Shown piece after piece: positions 1 through 11,080 of a stretch of DNA of 64,000 nt (position 1 is its first letter; each line of letters begins with the position of its first letter). Origin of the DNA: Clostridia bacterium. Lineage in GTDB: Bacteria; Bacillota; Sulfobacillia; SLMV01. The notes beneath the pieces were generated by a model. That model made no database searches. It was not told the DNA's origin and was given only the letters and a program-made list of their open reading frames with translations. Position numbers and translations under genes: made by a program. The stretch is from assembly GCA_003551365.1 (NCBI GenBank), contig PUMM01000024.1, forward strand, positions 10,556 to 74,555. The letters run 5' to 3'.

Positions 1-2
1 GC

Positions 3-3000
3 CTTGAAGCGGACGGCCAGCCTGCTGATCCCGATATACTGAAAGAGGACCTGCACATCGGGGTGGTACGCGTGCGCGGGTCATCCCGTCTGAGCTATAT
101 GGAGATATATGGTGCCGATACACCGGTGACCCGGCGGGATTCCGCGGATCACACGGTCAAAGGTGAAAGAGATGCTCCCGTCGCCCATGCGGATGATCGT
201 GAGCCCGCTGCTGCAGTCATCCCCTCTCCCGTTGACGCCATTCCCGCAGAGGAAACCATGGAGGATAGGGATCCTGCATCCGACTATTCGCCTCATAACC
301 GGGAGGTGGTGGGAGCGGATGATCTGCGGAGTATTCTCGAGGTGGACGGAAGCGGCACCCTGGTTGCCGTGGTGGATACCGGAGTCGATCCCCTCACTGC
401 AGGCCTGTTCACTGCCAGCGGTGGATCTGCCCGTCTGGTGGACTGGCGGGATTTCAGTGGAGACCGCAGTATTGCTGATCGGGCGACCGATGAAAGTGGC
501 GTCAGGCTGGCGGAGGGTGATGTTGTCACCCGGGAGGAGGTTCGCATCGACGGCGGGACGTTCTTCTTCGATGGTGAGGAGTTCGCTTTGGAGGGGCCCG
601 AACCGCGCGAAGGAGTGCTGCGGTGTGGGTGGGTGAGAAGCGATTTCTTCCTGCCGGACAGAAGAGAAGAGGAGCGTGTCCTGGTGGCTGCTGTGTCCCT
701 GGAGGAGGGGGCGGGTTTCGATGCGGCGTACGTTGATCTGGAAGGAGATGGGGTTCTGCGCGAGAGCGACCTCTTCCGCCCGGTGCGGGCGGGAGGCGGG
801 GCGGGCAGCATCGCCTTCGATGGAGTGGACGGGGACGGAGTCAATTTTGTGATCGGTGACATTGATCCCGATGGCCGGCTGGTCAACCTGGGCTTTGATG
901 GTAGCGGGCACGGCACCCAGGTGGCCGGCGTGATCGCTGGAGCGGGCAATGAGCGCGATGGCGGCGGGATCGCACCGGGAGTGGACATGATGGCCCTGAA
1001 AGCCCTTTCATCGGACGGTTCCGGGAGCTGGGCCGGTGTTATGCGTGCCATCGAGTACGCGGCGGAGGAGGGGGCTGACGTCATTAATGTCAGCGTCACC
1101 GGCATGCGCGACCTCAGCAGCGGCAGCAGCCTGGAATCCCGCATGCTGGCGGAGATTGCGCAGGAATACGATGTACTCATCATCACCGCTGTGGGCAACA
1201 CCGGTCCCGGACTGGCCACCGCCTACACGCCCGGAGATCCGCGCTGGACGCTATCAGTGGGTGCTGCTGCGGTGCCGGAGGTGGTGCTCCGGGACTACGG
1301 CTATGATCTGCCCGGAGAGGCGGTGTGGGAGTACAGCTCCATGGGACCCCGGGCGGATGGCGGGCTGGCCCCCTCGCTTCTGGCGCCGGGAAGCATGTAT
1401 ACGGCCATGCCCGAATGGCTGGTCTCCACGGAGAGGCAGTTTTTCGAGGGCACCAGCTGTGCGACCGGTCACGTGAGTGGAGTCGCCGCTCTTATGATAC
1501 AGGCGGCGCGGGATCGGGACGCATCTTACACCATGCAGGGGGTCAAGCGGGCTCTGGAAGAGGGCGCGAGCAACCTGGACGACTACCTGCCGGTGGAGCA
1601 GGGCTTCGGGCTGCTGGATGCTGTTGAATCCTGGAGAGCGTTCCTCAACGATCCGCAGGGCGAATCGCGCGCATGGCTGGGACTGGATTCGGGAGTGATG
1701 GTGGAGAGACCCCTGTCCGAAATGGACCCGCGCGGCATATACCTGCGGGATTATGCACCCGGCGGCATATCCGTGTCCCTGCGCAACCGGACAGACGACC
1801 CCTCGGAGGTTTCAGTGCGAACAGAGGGGATGAACTGGGCGTCACTTTCCTCGCGCGATCTGCGCCTGCCGGGCAATGCCGAGGTGGACCTGTCGGTCAA
1901 CTACCGGCTGCCCGATGCACCGTCGGTTCTGAGTGGTTTTTTGCGCGCAGACGATGCCGATACGGCGGGTGTGGATGATCGCCTGCTGCACACCGTCATT
2001 CGTCCGGAGAAGCTGGATGCCGATGAGCCATCGCTGCAGGAGGAGGGGGAGTTGGCTGCCGGGAAGTGGCAGAGATATTTCGTGCGCGTGCCGGAGGGGG
2101 TGTCCAACCTGCGGGCCGAGGTGGGGGTTCCGGAATACGAGGCCGGTCGCGTCTTTTTGCAGATCGTGGATCCGCATGGCGAGCAGGTGCACGTGAGTCC
2201 GCACGTGGGAGCGGGCAGCCGTGGCCGATGGGGCGAAGAGATGCTGCACACATCGCGCGTGATTGAATGGCCGGAGCCCGGAGTGTGGGAAATAATCGTG
2301 AGTAGTGCATCCTCACTTTCCTTTTACGGATTGGAGACCAGTGAGTTTGACTTTAGCGTGGACATCCTGCCGCGCGGTTCACTGGCATTGGTTCCGGAAG
2401 AGACCGAGTGGAGATTCGGTAGCCCCGACGCTGTTCCCGATTCGCAGCAGACGAGGGTGGAGATCGCCGTCGGTGGGACAGATACTGCCATCCTCGACGA
2501 CCTCGAGCCACTCGGGGTGGGACTGTTTGCGAGCCCCGAGGAGCTGCAGGTTCTGCCGCGCCAGCGCCTGGAGGGAACTGCACAGGAGTTTGAGTACTCC
2601 CACTTTGAGGTTCCAGAGGATACCCGGGTGCTCAATGTGTGGTGCGGCAACCCGCATCCGGAGGATGTTCAGTTGGAGACCCGGCTCTATCGTGAGGGGT
2701 CTGATGGCCGCATGCAGGAGGTGACGCCCGACTCAGAGCTGAACGGACACTTCCTGCGGGTGAGGAACCCGCTGCCGGGGAAGTACATGCTCGCTTCGCG
2801 CCCCGATTCAGAGGATACCTGCGATTATGAGGTGAAGGTGGAGGCGTGGCCGGCCACCTGGGATATGCAGGTCAGCGGACCGGTGGTCGGACGGGGGGGT
2901 GCGCATGAGCTGGCGGTGCGGATGGAAATGCCGCGCGATGCGGGCAGTTACTGGGCACTGGTCGGACTGCAGACTCCCGATGGCCTGCCGGTGGCGCGCA

Positions 3001-3416
3001 CCTGGATGCAGGTGGAGGTGGGTGCGGGGCCGGTGCTGTTTTCTTCGCCTCCTGTCGCGGGCGAGCTATCCCCGCTGCGCATATCCGTCCGCGATGCCGA
3101 GACTCTCCGTCCGGCCGGGGGTGTGGTTTCTCTCGACGAACAGCTGTATACTCTAGATGAGGACGGAGTCATCACTATCCCATCGGTGGATCCACTCGAT
3201 GGCCTAAATCACTTCGAGGTGCGCTACAATTCAGGAGAGGATGAGTGGTCTCCCCCGGTGCGCATGTCCGCATCAGCCCTGTCTGATGCACAGCTTGCGG
3301 GTTGGCGCCGGGATCTCATGCGACCGATTGCGGCGGGCGAGCTCGACAACCCACTGATTCGGAAGCGCTGGGAGAGCTTCTTCCACGTTCCCCCGGAAGG
3401 ATATCCGCGTCGTTGA
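3..3416 (+). CDS. Large S8 (subtilisin-family) serine peptidase with a tripeptidyl-peptidase-II-like layout; possibly 5'-truncated by the window edge
   Basis: Catalytic motifs occur in D-H-S order: VAVVDTGVD, HGTQVAGVIAG, GTSCATGHVSG, with oxyanion region AVGNTGPG. About 180 aa are inserted between Asp and His, and there is a ~650-aa C-terminal extension. The frame is open from nt 3 to the first start codon (GTG 63). No signal peptide seen. Confidence 0.88.
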   Translation, partial: LEADGQPADPDILKEDLHIGVVRVRGSSRLSYMEIYGADTPVTRRDSADHTVKGERDAPVAHADDREPAAAVIPSPVDAIPAEETMEDRDPASDYSPHNREVVGADDLRSILEVDGSGTLVAVVDTGVDPLTAGLFTASGGSARLVDWRDFSGDRSIADRATDESGVRLAEGDVVTREEVRIDGGTFFFDGEEFALEGPEPREGVLRCGWVRSDFFLPDRREEERVLVAAVSLEEGAGFDAAYVDLEGDGVLRESDLFRPVRAGGGAGSIAFDGVDGDGVNFVIGDIDPDGRLVNLGFDGSGHGTQVAGVIAGAGNERDGGGIAPGVDMMALKALSSDGSGSWAGVMRAIEYAAEEGADVINVSVTGMRDLSSGSSLESRMLAEIAQEYDVLIITAVGNTGPGLATAYTPGDPRWTLSVGAAAVPEVVLRDYGYDLPGEAVWEYSSMGPRADGGLAPSLLAPGSMYTAMPEWLVSTERQFFEGTSCATGHVSGVAALMIQAARDRDASYTMQGVKRALEEGASNLDDYLPVEQGFGLLDAVESWRAFLNDPQGESRAWLGLDSGVMVERPLSEMDPRGIYLRDYAPGGISVSLRNRTDDPSEVSVRTEGMNWASLSSRDLRLPGNAEVDLSVNYRLPDAPSVLSGFLRADDADTAGVDDRLLHTVIRPEKLDADEPSLQEEGELAAGKWQRYFVRVPEGVSNLRAEVGVPEYEAGRVFLQIVDPHGEQVHVSPHVGAGSRGRWGEEMLHTSRVIEWPEPGVWEIIVSSASSLSFYGLETSEFDFSVDILPRGSLALVPEETEWRFGSPDAVPDSQQTRVEIAVGGTDTAILDDLEPLGVGLFASPEELQVLPRQRLEGTAQEFEYSHFEVPEDTRVLNVWCGNPHPEDVQLETRLYREGSDGRMQEVTPDSELNGHFLRVRNPLPGKYMLASRPDSEDTCDYEVKVEAWPATWDMQVSGPVVGRGGAHELAVRMEMPRDAGSYWALVGLQTPDGLPVARTWMQVEVGAGPVLFSSPPVAGELSPLRISVRDAETLRPAGGVVSLDEQLYTLDEDGVITIPSVDPLDGLNHFEVRYNSGEDEWSPPVRMSASALSDAQLAGWRRDLMRPIAAGELDNPLIRKRWESFFHVPPEGYPRR

Positions 3417-3484
3417 TGAGTACTCATCGGTGCGGGGAGCTTGTCATGAACGAATCCAATATGTAATAATTTGGGAGGGATTGC

Positions 3485-4135
3485 ATGGACCTGTACATAG
3501 ACACAGCTAATATCGACGAGATCAGAGAGGCCAGTGAATGGGGTATCATCTCGGGAGTTACCACCAATCCGAGTCTACTGGCCAAAGAGGGACAGAAGAT
3601 CGAGGATGTTATCGATGAGATTGTTACGCTGGTGGACGGCCCCATAAGCGTCGAGGTGGTGGCCACCGAGGCGGAAGAAATGGTACGGGAGGCGCGAGAG
3701 GTCGCGCAGATTGCCGACGACATCGCTGTGAAAATTCCCATGACCACTGAAGGGTTGACGGCCGTATCGCGGTTGCGAGAAGATGACATCGCATGCAATG
3801 TCACTCTGGTCTTCTCCGCAAACCAGGCATTGATGGCTGCCCGCGCCGGTGCGGCGTTCGTCAGTCCATTCGTGGGCAGATTGGACGACATCGGGACCGA
3901 TGGAATTGGTCTGGTGAGAGATGTTGTCGACATCTTTGCATATTATGATATTGACACGCGCATTATATCGGCGAGCCTGAGACATCCCCGGCACGTGCAT
4001 GAGTCGGCCATGATGGGTGCGCATATCGCAACCGTTCCCTTTGGAGTTTTACAGAAGATGGCGAGCCACCCCCTCACCGATTCTGGTCTGCAGAAGTTCC
4101 TGGACGATTGGAAGTCAATGGAAGAAGATTTGTAA
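3485..4135 (+). CDS. tal: Transaldolase / fructose-6-phosphate aldolase family (short TalC/Fsa type)
   Basis: The N-terminus [31 protein letters not shown] and the 216-aa length are typical. SD GGGAGGG lies upstream of the ATG. Confidence 0.9.
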   Translation: MDLYIDTANIDEIREASEWGIISGVTTNPSLLAKEGQKIEDVIDEIVTLVDGPISVEVVATEAEEMVREAREVAQIADDIAVKIPMTTEGLTAVSRLREDDIACNVTLVFSANQALMAARAGAAFVSPFVGRLDDIGTDGIGLVRDVVDIFAYYDIDTRIISASLRHPRHVHESAMMGAHIATVPFGVLQKMASHPLTDSGLQKFLDDWKSMEEDL

Positions 4136-4172
4136 CTGAGGGCACCGCCCGCGAGGGCGAGTATTTAGGAAG

Positions 4173-5447
4173 GTGAGGTCTTTGGACCAAGCAACCATTC
4201 AGTTGTCCGACCTGGAGGGCCTTCGTCTCTCCGAGTTGTACGAACTGGCAAAAAAGATGGACATAAGCGGCTACACGAATCTGCGTAAGCGGGAGCTCAT
4301 TTTCGAGATACTGAAGACCAAGACGGAGCATCAGGGGCACATCTTTGTCGAGGGCGTACTCGAGGTTATGCCGGACGGATTTGGCTTCATCCGGCAGTTT
4401 TCCTATCTGCCCAGTGATGAGGACATCTACGTATCTCCGTCGCAAATCCGCAAGTTCGATCTGCGTACCGGGGACAAGATCACCGGGCAGGCCCGCCCCC
4501 CAAAGGATTCGGAGCGCTACTTTGCACTGCTTCGCATTGAGGCAATCAATGGAGGAGATCCGGAGGACACGGTGCGGAGGGCGCCATTTCACGCTCTCAC
4601 GCCCATCTTTCCCGATCAGAGATATTCGCTGGAGACAGCCAACGGCGACATATCTACGCGCCTCCTGGATCTCGTAGCTCCCATGGGCCGGGGCCAGCGG
4701 GGACTGATAGTGTCACCGCCCAAGGCCGGCAAGACGGTGCTGCTGAAAACGGTGGCCAACAGTCTCACGCAGAACTATCCGGAGATCTCGCTGATGGTGC
4801 TGCTGATCGATGAGCGTCCCGAGGAAGTCACCGACATGGAGAGGTCGGTTGACGGAGAGGTGCTGGCGTCCACCTTTGACAAGATGCCGGAAAATCACGT
4901 CAAGCTGGCGGATATGGTGCTGGAACGCGCCCAGCGCGTGGTCGAACACGGTAAGCATGTGGTCGTCCTGTTGGACAGCATCACCAGACTGGCCCGCGCG
5001 CACAACCTGGTGATTCCGAGCAGTGGACGCACACTGTCCGGCGGCCTGGACCCCAGCTCCCTGCACCGCCCGAAGAAGTTCTTCGGAGCAGCCCGGAACA
5101 TCGAGGAGGGCGGCAGTTTGACCATAATGGGCACGGCACTGGTCGACACCGGAAGCCGGATGGATGACGTGATCTATGAGGAATTCAAGGGCACCGGTAA
5201 CCTCGAGGTACACCTTGACCGTCGACTTGCCGATCGCCGCATTTTCCCGGCGATTGACGTCAAACGGTCGGGAACCCGCAAGGAGGAACTGCTGCTCACC
5301 GAGCGAGAGCTGGAGATCATGTGGCGGTTCCGGAAGTCGACCGCGGACATGGATTCTGCCGAGGTCATAGAGGAGTTCGGACGCCTGATCCGTCAAACCA
5401 AATCGAATGAGGAGCTGCTGGAGATACTGCACGCGACCTTCGGATAA
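4173..5447 (+). CDS. rho: Transcription termination factor Rho
   Basis: Has a Rho N-terminal/CSD region, Walker [16 protein letters not shown], and conserved [10 protein letters not shown] and RLARAHN segments. 424 aa. Confidence 0.95.
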   Translation: MRSLDQATIQLSDLEGLRLSELYELAKKMDISGYTNLRKRELIFEILKTKTEHQGHIFVEGVLEVMPDGFGFIRQFSYLPSDEDIYVSPSQIRKFDLRTGDKITGQARPPKDSERYFALLRIEAINGGDPEDTVRRAPFHALTPIFPDQRYSLETANGDISTRLLDLVAPMGRGQRGLIVSPPKAGKTVLLKTVANSLTQNYPEISLMVLLIDERPEEVTDMERSVDGEVLASTFDKMPENHVKLADMVLERAQRVVEHGKHVVVLLDSITRLARAHNLVIPSSGRTLSGGLDPSSLHRPKKFFGAARNIEEGGSLTIMGTALVDTGSRMDDVIYEEFKGTGNLEVHLDRRLADRRIFPAIDVKRSGTRKEELLLTERELEIMWRFRKSTADMDSAEVIEEFGRLIRQTKSNEELLEILHATFG

Positions 5448-5575
5448 CTGCAGGGATGGGCCGGGTGCCCATTTCCTCGCATCGCACGGGCAGTTTCCTA
5501 GTAGATGCTGGATGAATAAATCACCCCCTCTGGAACAACCTATGGCGTGACCTGCGATGGTCACGACAGAGAGGG

Positions 5576-6586
5576 GTGAACAGCTTGCCTGTTCAATGGT
5601 GGACGGAATTGCGCAGTGTTTTCAGCGCAGCACTGATCGTCCTCCTCACGGCGGGATTTGCGGCAGTGCCCGACTCCGGCGACCCGGCTACGACCGCGGA
5701 CGATCCGGTCAGAAATATTGCCGAGGGCTGGCCGGGCACTCTCAAGGAAGTTTCCGAGCCCCGATCCTGCGAGGGGCAGGTTGAATATAGAGGAGATGAT
5801 CTCTCCGGGAGACCGACGGTGGACGACCTCGCCCGGGCCAGTGTGGGGGGAGCCGGGGAGGAGAAGCGCGAACATCGCGTTCAATCCGGCGAGACCCTTT
5901 CCTGTCTCGCCGCTCAGTTTGACATCTCGATTCACACTCTGGCCGCAGCCAATGATCTGCGCGACCCGGACGTGGTGCGGGCGGGTCGAACTCTCATAAT
6001 TCCGCCCGAAGACGGGCTGCACCACCGGGTCCGCCGGGGCGAGACCCTTTGGACCATAGCGCGGCAGTACCAGGTATCCGTGCAGGAGATCGAGTCTGCG
6101 AATGACCTGACATCGGACCTGATTCAACCGGAACAGGTTCTCTTCGTGCCAACCCCCCTGATTTGCTCGCCCGCGGCGGCCCTCACCGCCGACGCGCAGG
6201 GTGGCAGTGGTCACCCACAGTTTCGATGGCCCCTGACTATCCGGGGGAGAATCTCCTCTCCATACGGACCGCGTTGGGGAGGTTTCCATTACGGGCTGGA
6301 TATTGCCGTTCCGGAGGGAACCCGTATTCTCGCCGCTGCACAGGGACGGGTGGTTGCGGCGGATTGGAAGGGTTCCTATGGGTTGACGGTTCGTCTGGAT
6401 CACGGGAATGGCTACGAGACCGTCTACGCCCACGCCTCGCAGCTGGAGGTCAACGATGGCGAGGTGGTTCAGGCCGGACATCCCATCGCGCGGGTGGGCA
6501 CCACTGGCCGCTCGACCGGCCCGCACCTGCACTTTGAGGTGCGGGTGGGTGGAGAACCCCGCGATCCCCAGAATTACCTGCAGTGA
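5576..6586 (+). CDS. LysM-domain M23 (LytM-type) peptidoglycan metalloendopeptidase
   Basis: N-terminal TM segment, two LysM repeats (HRVQSGETLSCLAAQF..., HRVRRGETLWTIARQY...), M23 motifs HYGLD and GPHLHFEV. The start could instead be TTG 5585. Confidence 0.88.
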   Translation: MNSLPVQWWTELRSVFSAALIVLLTAGFAAVPDSGDPATTADDPVRNIAEGWPGTLKEVSEPRSCEGQVEYRGDDLSGRPTVDDLARASVGGAGEEKREHRVQSGETLSCLAAQFDISIHTLAAANDLRDPDVVRAGRTLIIPPEDGLHHRVRRGETLWTIARQYQVSVQEIESANDLTSDLIQPEQVLFVPTPLICSPAAALTADAQGGSGHPQFRWPLTIRGRISSPYGPRWGGFHYGLDIAVPEGTRILAAAQGRVVAADWKGSYGLTVRLDHGNGYETVYAHASQLEVNDGEVVQAGHPIARVGTTGRSTGPHLHFEVRVGGEPRDPQNYLQ

Positions 6587-6709
6587 CCCCCGGGTGCCGA
6601 CAGCTGTGCTTGGATGTACCCGCGGGGAAGGATAGAATGTAGGCAGGTGGGGTTGCAGATGTACTCCGGTGACCTCACCTGCCCGACAGCGACCACGAGC
6701 CACACTGGC

Positions 6710-6739
6710 TTGGCCGTGGTCTTCTGTGCATGCTATAAT
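6710..6739 (+). promoter_or_regulatory. Sigma-A-type promoter candidate for rpmE
   Basis: TTGGCC (6710-6715), 18-nt spacer, extended -10 TGcTATAAT (TATAAT 6734-6739), ~35 nt upstream of the rpmE ATG. Confidence 0.5.
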
Positions 6740-6772
6740 TCGATGGATGCTGATGAGCAATGTGAGAGGAGG

Positions 6773-7024
6773 ATGACCGCTGTGAAATCCGAAATTCACC
6801 CGGAAGCTCAGGAGACGGTAATCCGTTGCGCCTGTGGTGCCGAATTTCACACCAGGTCGACGGAAGAGGAAATCCGGGTTGAGATCTGCAGTAACTGTCA
6901 CCCCTTTTACACCGGGCGACAGCAGAGAGCGCGCACCGGTGGGCGCATAGAGAAGTTCCGCGAGAAGTTTGGCTACGTCGAGGGCGAGGACAGCGACCCG
7001 GAGGAAGAATCATCTGATCAGTGA
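6773..7024 (+). CDS. rpmE: 50S ribosomal protein L31 (Zn-ribbon type A) with an acidic C-terminal tail
   Basis: MTAVKSEIHPE..., CxC...CSNCHPFYTG motif, SD GAGAGGAGG directly upstream of ATG 6773. The longer track ORF (6614) is an N-terminal artefact. Confidence 0.9.
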   Translation: MTAVKSEIHPEAQETVIRCACGAEFHTRSTEEEIRVEICSNCHPFYTGRQQRARTGGRIEKFREKFGYVEGEDSDPEEESSDQ

Positions 7025-7065
7025 CCCGGAACCTTCCGGCGAACTCCGCACCAGAGGGGGAAGTG

Positions 7066-7953
7066 ATGAGGCAGGAAGCTCAGGCTGGCGGCCAGGCCGT
7101 AATTGAGGGCGTGATGATGCGCTGCGGGAAAAGGATGGCTGTGGCCGTGCGGGCGGCGGACGGCAGCATAAGCGTGCACGAGGAACCCCTCTTTTCGCTG
7201 GGGGAACGATATTCGCTTCTGCGCCTGCCGATTATCAGGGGAGCGGTTTCCCTGGTAGAGTCGCTCAGCCTGGGTGTTCGCGCGCTCATGTATTCCGCCA
7301 ATGCCCAGGCGGAATCGGAGGAAGAGGAACTGTCTCCGCGCGAGATGTTCGGGGCGGTGGCCTTTGCCGTACTGCTGGCCGTATTTTTGTTCATCCTGCT
7401 TCCCACGGTGCTCACTTCGCTGGCCGGGACAGTGATCGGGGGTGGACTGGCCCTGAATCTCGTGGAGGGAGCGATCCGGCTGGCCGTGGTCGTCGGCTAC
7501 ATTGCCGCAGTGGGCCTGATGCCGGATATGGGGCGGGTCCTCGAGTATCACGGCGCCGAGCACAAGGTCATCCGCGCCTGGGAAAGCTCCGGAGCCCTTC
7601 CCGATCTGGAGGCGGCCCGGAGGCAGTCCACAGTGCACGTGCGCTGTGGGACCAGCTTCATACTGATGGTAGCTGTGGTCAGTGTTCTGGTGTTTTCACT
7701 TTTTGGCTGGCCCTCCATCTGGGGCCGCATCGGCATGCGCCTGCTCCTGCTTCCGGTGGTTGCCGGCCTGGCCTACGAGCTGATTCGCGCGGCGGCGCGC
7801 GGCTCCAGTTCCCTGGTATCCGCACTGATGCTCCCCGGGCTGTGGCTGCAGCGTCTCACCACGCGGGAGCCGGACGACGACCAGCTGGAGGTGGCCATGA
7901 CCGCTCTGAGACGATGTGTGCAGTGCAGGCGGGAGGATGCTGAAGATGATTGA
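7066..7953 (+). CDS. DUF1385 (YqhQ-like) membrane protein
   Basis: Signature [12 protein letters not shown] near the N-terminus, EYHGAEHK motif, several TM helices, and the usual position between rpmE and prfA. Start chosen at ATG 7066. Confidence 0.82.
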   Translation: MRQEAQAGGQAVIEGVMMRCGKRMAVAVRAADGSISVHEEPLFSLGERYSLLRLPIIRGAVSLVESLSLGVRALMYSANAQAESEEEELSPREMFGAVAFAVLLAVFLFILLPTVLTSLAGTVIGGGLALNLVEGAIRLAVVVGYIAAVGLMPDMGRVLEYHGAEHKVIRAWESSGALPDLEAARRQSTVHVRCGTSFILMVAVVSVLVFSLFGWPSIWGRIGMRLLLLPVVAGLAYELIRAAARGSSSLVSALMLPGLWLQRLTTREPDDDQLEVAMTALRRCVQCRREDAEDD

Positions 7954-9034
7954 TAGATATGCAGAAAAAATCACCGCCCTGCGCGAGCGGTATGAGGAGC
8001 TGAACGGGATCATCAGTGATCCCGAAGTGATCTCTGACCAGAATTCCTGGCAGAGGTACGTGCGGGAGCACTCCAGAATCGAAAAAATCCTGGAAATTTA
8101 TGATGAAATGCGGCGGGCCGCCTCGGAAATCTCGGATGCGCGAGAGCTTCTGCAGATGACCGACGATGAAGAGGAGGCGCGCTGGCTGCGCGAAGAGCTG
8201 GATTTTTGGGAGGAGAGATCCGGTTCCCTCGAGTTGCGTCTGCGGCGCCTGCTGGTGCCAGCGGATGAACGGGATGAAAAGGACGCCTTTGTCGAGATCA
8301 GGTCGGGAGCGGGAGGCGAGGAGGCCTCCCTGTTTGCCGCCGACCTCCTCCGCATGTACGCACGCTACGCGGAGCGACAGGGCTGGCAGGTGGAAGTAGT
8401 CAGCCGGAGTGAGACGGATCTGGGCGGAATGCGGGAGGGCATTCTGGGCGTCTCCGGCGATGACGTGTTCAGCCACCTGAAGTACGAGAGCGGTGTTCAT
8501 CGCGTGCAGCGGGTGCCGCGCACCGAATCCGGCGGCCGGATACACACCTCCACTGCCACGGTGGCGGTTCTACCCGAGGCGGAAGAGGTCGAGCTGGAAA
8601 TTGATCCACAGGAGCTGCAGATCGATACCTTTACCGCCAGCGGTCCGGGCGGACAGCACGTCAACAAGACCGAGTCGGCAGTGCGGATCACCCACATTCC
8701 GACCGGCATCGTGGTCTCCTGCCAGGACGAGAAATCGCAGCACCGCAATCGCTCCCAGGCCATGAAGGTCCTGCGGGCGCGCCTGCTGGATCAGATGGAA
8801 AGAGAAAAAGAAGAAGAGCGATCCCGTGAGCGCCGCGCCCAGGTGGGTACCGGTGATCGCAGCGAGCGGATCAGAACTTATAATTTTCCCCAAAATAGGA
8901 TAACTGATCACCGGATTGACCTGACCGTGCATCAGCTGGAGCAGGTGCTGGACGGTGAGCTGAACATGTTGATTGAGCCGCTGCGCTCCGAAGAAGAGGA
9001 GCGCCTGCTGGACACCGTCGTGTCGGCGGAGTGA
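7946..9034 (+). CDS. prfA: Peptide chain release factor 1
   Basis: GGQ motif [26 protein letters not shown] and [17 protein letters not shown] region. ATG 7946 has GGGAGG 9 nt upstream. Confidence 0.95.
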   Translation: MIDRYAEKITALRERYEELNGIISDPEVISDQNSWQRYVREHSRIEKILEIYDEMRRAASEISDARELLQMTDDEEEARWLREELDFWEERSGSLELRLRRLLVPADERDEKDAFVEIRSGAGGEEASLFAADLLRMYARYAERQGWQVEVVSRSETDLGGMREGILGVSGDDVFSHLKYESGVHRVQRVPRTESGGRIHTSTATVAVLPEAEEVELEIDPQELQIDTFTASGPGGQHVNKTESAVRITHIPTGIVVSCQDEKSQHRNRSQAMKVLRARLLDQMEREKEEERSRERRAQVGTGDRSERIRTYNFPQNRITDHRIDLTVHQLEQVLDGELNMLIEPLRSEEEERLLDTVVSAE

Positions 9035-9909
9035 GGTGTGCAGTGCGAGCTGTCGGACCCGATATTACCTGGCGCGATGCGCTGCGGTGGGGCCGGGCGC
9101 AGCTGGGTCTGGCCGGAATCGAGGGTGCGGGAGTGGAAGCGGAGTATCTCGCCCGACCGGAGTTGGGAGCACAGCCGGTGGCTCTTCTGTACCCGGAGAG
9201 GCGACCTGCCCCGTCCGAATGGTGCAGGTACGTGCGGGCGGTTCGGCGCCGCGCGGCGCGGGAGCCCCTGGCCTACATTCGGGGAGAGACGGAGTTCTAT
9301 TCGCTCGGGCTGCAGGTCGGGCCCGAGGTGCTGATACCTCGCCCAGAAACGGAGACTCTGGTCGAGGTTACGGTGCAGCTGGGAGGGCGTATGCCTGCGG
9401 GCCCGATACTGGAGTTGGGTACGGGCAGCGGAGCGGTGGCAGCGGCGTTGGCGGTCAATCTGCCCGGGCGAGGCATCGTGGCCACCGATATTTCCCGCCC
9501 GGCGCTGCGCGTGGCGTGTGCCAACGTGCGCCGACACGACCTCACCGGGCAGGTGCAGCTGTTGCGCGGGGATCTTTTCGCCCCGGTGGCGGACCGACGC
9601 TTTGCCGCGGTGGTCTCCAATCCGCCCTACGTTCGGTCCGGGGACCTGCATCTCCTGCCCCCGGAGATCCGGTTCTGGGAGCCGGTGGGCGCCCTGGATG
9701 GCGGAGAGGACGGACTGGATTTTCTGCGGCGAATAGTGCGGGAGGCCCCCCGTCACCTGCGGCGCGGCGGATTCCTCATTCTGGAGACGGGAGCGGGGCA
9801 GGCCGGACGCGTCCGGGATCTCTGCCGGACGGCGATCGGTGACGACGTAAGAATTGAGTACGATCTGGCGGGAAATGAACGGTTGGTGGTGAGCAGATAT
9901 GCGGGATAG
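9031..9909 (+). CDS. prmC: Release-factor glutamine N5-methyltransferase
   Basis: SAM-binding [11 protein letters not shown] and catalytic NPPY (VVSNPPYV). GTGA start/stop overlap with prfA. Confidence 0.9.
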   Translation: MRCAVRAVGPDITWRDALRWGRAQLGLAGIEGAGVEAEYLARPELGAQPVALLYPERRPAPSEWCRYVRAVRRRAAREPLAYIRGETEFYSLGLQVGPEVLIPRPETETLVEVTVQLGGRMPAGPILELGTGSGAVAAALAVNLPGRGIVATDISRPALRVACANVRRHDLTGQVQLLRGDLFAPVADRRFAAVVSNPPYVRSGDLHLLPPEIRFWEPVGALDGGEDGLDFLRRIVREAPRHLRRGGFLILETGAGQAGRVRDLCRTAIGDDVRIEYDLAGNERLVVSRYAG

Positions 9910-11080
9910 AAGATGTCGACTGCAGACAGAAATCCTGCCCTGGGCAGCGGATGATCCGAGGACGCAGCGCCTGGTGCTGGAGACGGCGGTCGATTTCCTC
10001 CAGCGGGGCGAGGTTGTGGCCTACCCCACCGAGACCGTATACGGGTTGGCCGTCCCCGCCTTCCGGGAGGAGGCGGTGGAGAAGGTATTCACCGTCAAGC
10101 GTCGGTCGCGCGATAAGCCGCTGCTCGTGGCCGTTCGGGACCGGGAGATGCTCGCAGAGGTGGCCTCGAGCATTCCGCCGGAGGCAGATAGACTGGTCCG
10201 CGAGTTCTGGCCCGGTCCACTCTCCCTCATCCTTCCCCGTTCCGGCAATATCCCCGATGCGGTGACCGCCGGCGGGGATTATGTGGGAGTGCGCTGCCCG
10301 GATCATCCCGCCGCGCAGGGCCTGATCGCCCAACTGGGCGAGCCCATCACCTCACCGAGTGCCAATCTTAGCGGAAACCCCAGCGGATGTTCATCCCCTG
10401 AGATCCTCCGGGACCTCAGCGGCCGTATCGCCGCCATCATCGATGCTGGAATTGCGGCGGGAACCGAATCCACCCTGGTCGATTTGTGCGGCGATGTGCC
10501 CAGGCTGCTGCGGCGGGGTGCCATAGATGCGGGTGCGCTGATTCCGCTGCTCGGAGATCTGGAGGAGTTCTCTGATGAGCAGGCCCCGGCGCAGCGCGAC
10601 ATACTGCTGGTTGTCTGCACGGGCAATACCTGCCGCAGCCCCGTTGCCGCGGAGATACTGAACGGGCGTCTGGGCGGCATCATATCCGCCGAGTCGGCCG
10701 GAATTGCCGCGGAGCCGGGAAGCGGCCCGGCGGAAGAGGCAGTGCGCGCGGCTGACGCTCTGGGTTATGACATCACCGGGCATCGCGCCCGCGGCCTGGA
10801 TGATGTGGCGTGGGATCGCGTGGCCATGGTCATCACCATGACCCACCTGCACGCGGAACAGGTGCGGGATTACCTGGGTGTAAAACCGGATGATGAGGGG
10901 GCGGCTCGCATCCTTCCCCTGGGCGACCTGGTGACGCGGGAGGATCTCCCCGCCGACGTGACTGACCCGTTTGGGGGCACGCCACAGGATTACCGGGATA
11001 TGGCAGGGATGCTAGAAGACATGATTTGCGATGCGGAGGATGAGATACTGCGAAGGCTCTCGGAGGAGGGAGCGAAGTGA
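9899..11080 (+). CDS. Fusion protein: YrdC/TsaC-type L-threonylcarbamoyladenylate synthase domain plus low-molecular-weight phosphatase (YwlE-like)
   Basis: N-terminal YrdC motifs (VAYPTETVYGL, SPSANLSG). C-terminal LMW-PTP P-loop VCTGNTCRSPVAAE and DPF general-acid loop. No stop codon between the two domains. Confidence 0.85.
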   Translation: MRDRRCRLQTEILPWAADDPRTQRLVLETAVDFLQRGEVVAYPTETVYGLAVPAFREEAVEKVFTVKRRSRDKPLLVAVRDREMLAEVASSIPPEADRLVREFWPGPLSLILPRSGNIPDAVTAGGDYVGVRCPDHPAAQGLIAQLGEPITSPSANLSGNPSGCSSPEILRDLSGRIAAIIDAGIAAGTESTLVDLCGDVPRLLRRGAIDAGALIPLLGDLEEFSDEQAPAQRDILLVVCTGNTCRSPVAAEILNGRLGGIISAESAGIAAEPGSGPAEEAVRAADALGYDITGHRARGLDDVAWDRVAMVITMTHLHAEQVRDYLGVKPDDEGAARILPLGDLVTREDLPADVTDPFGGTPQDYRDMAGMLEDMICDAEDEILRRLSEEGAK

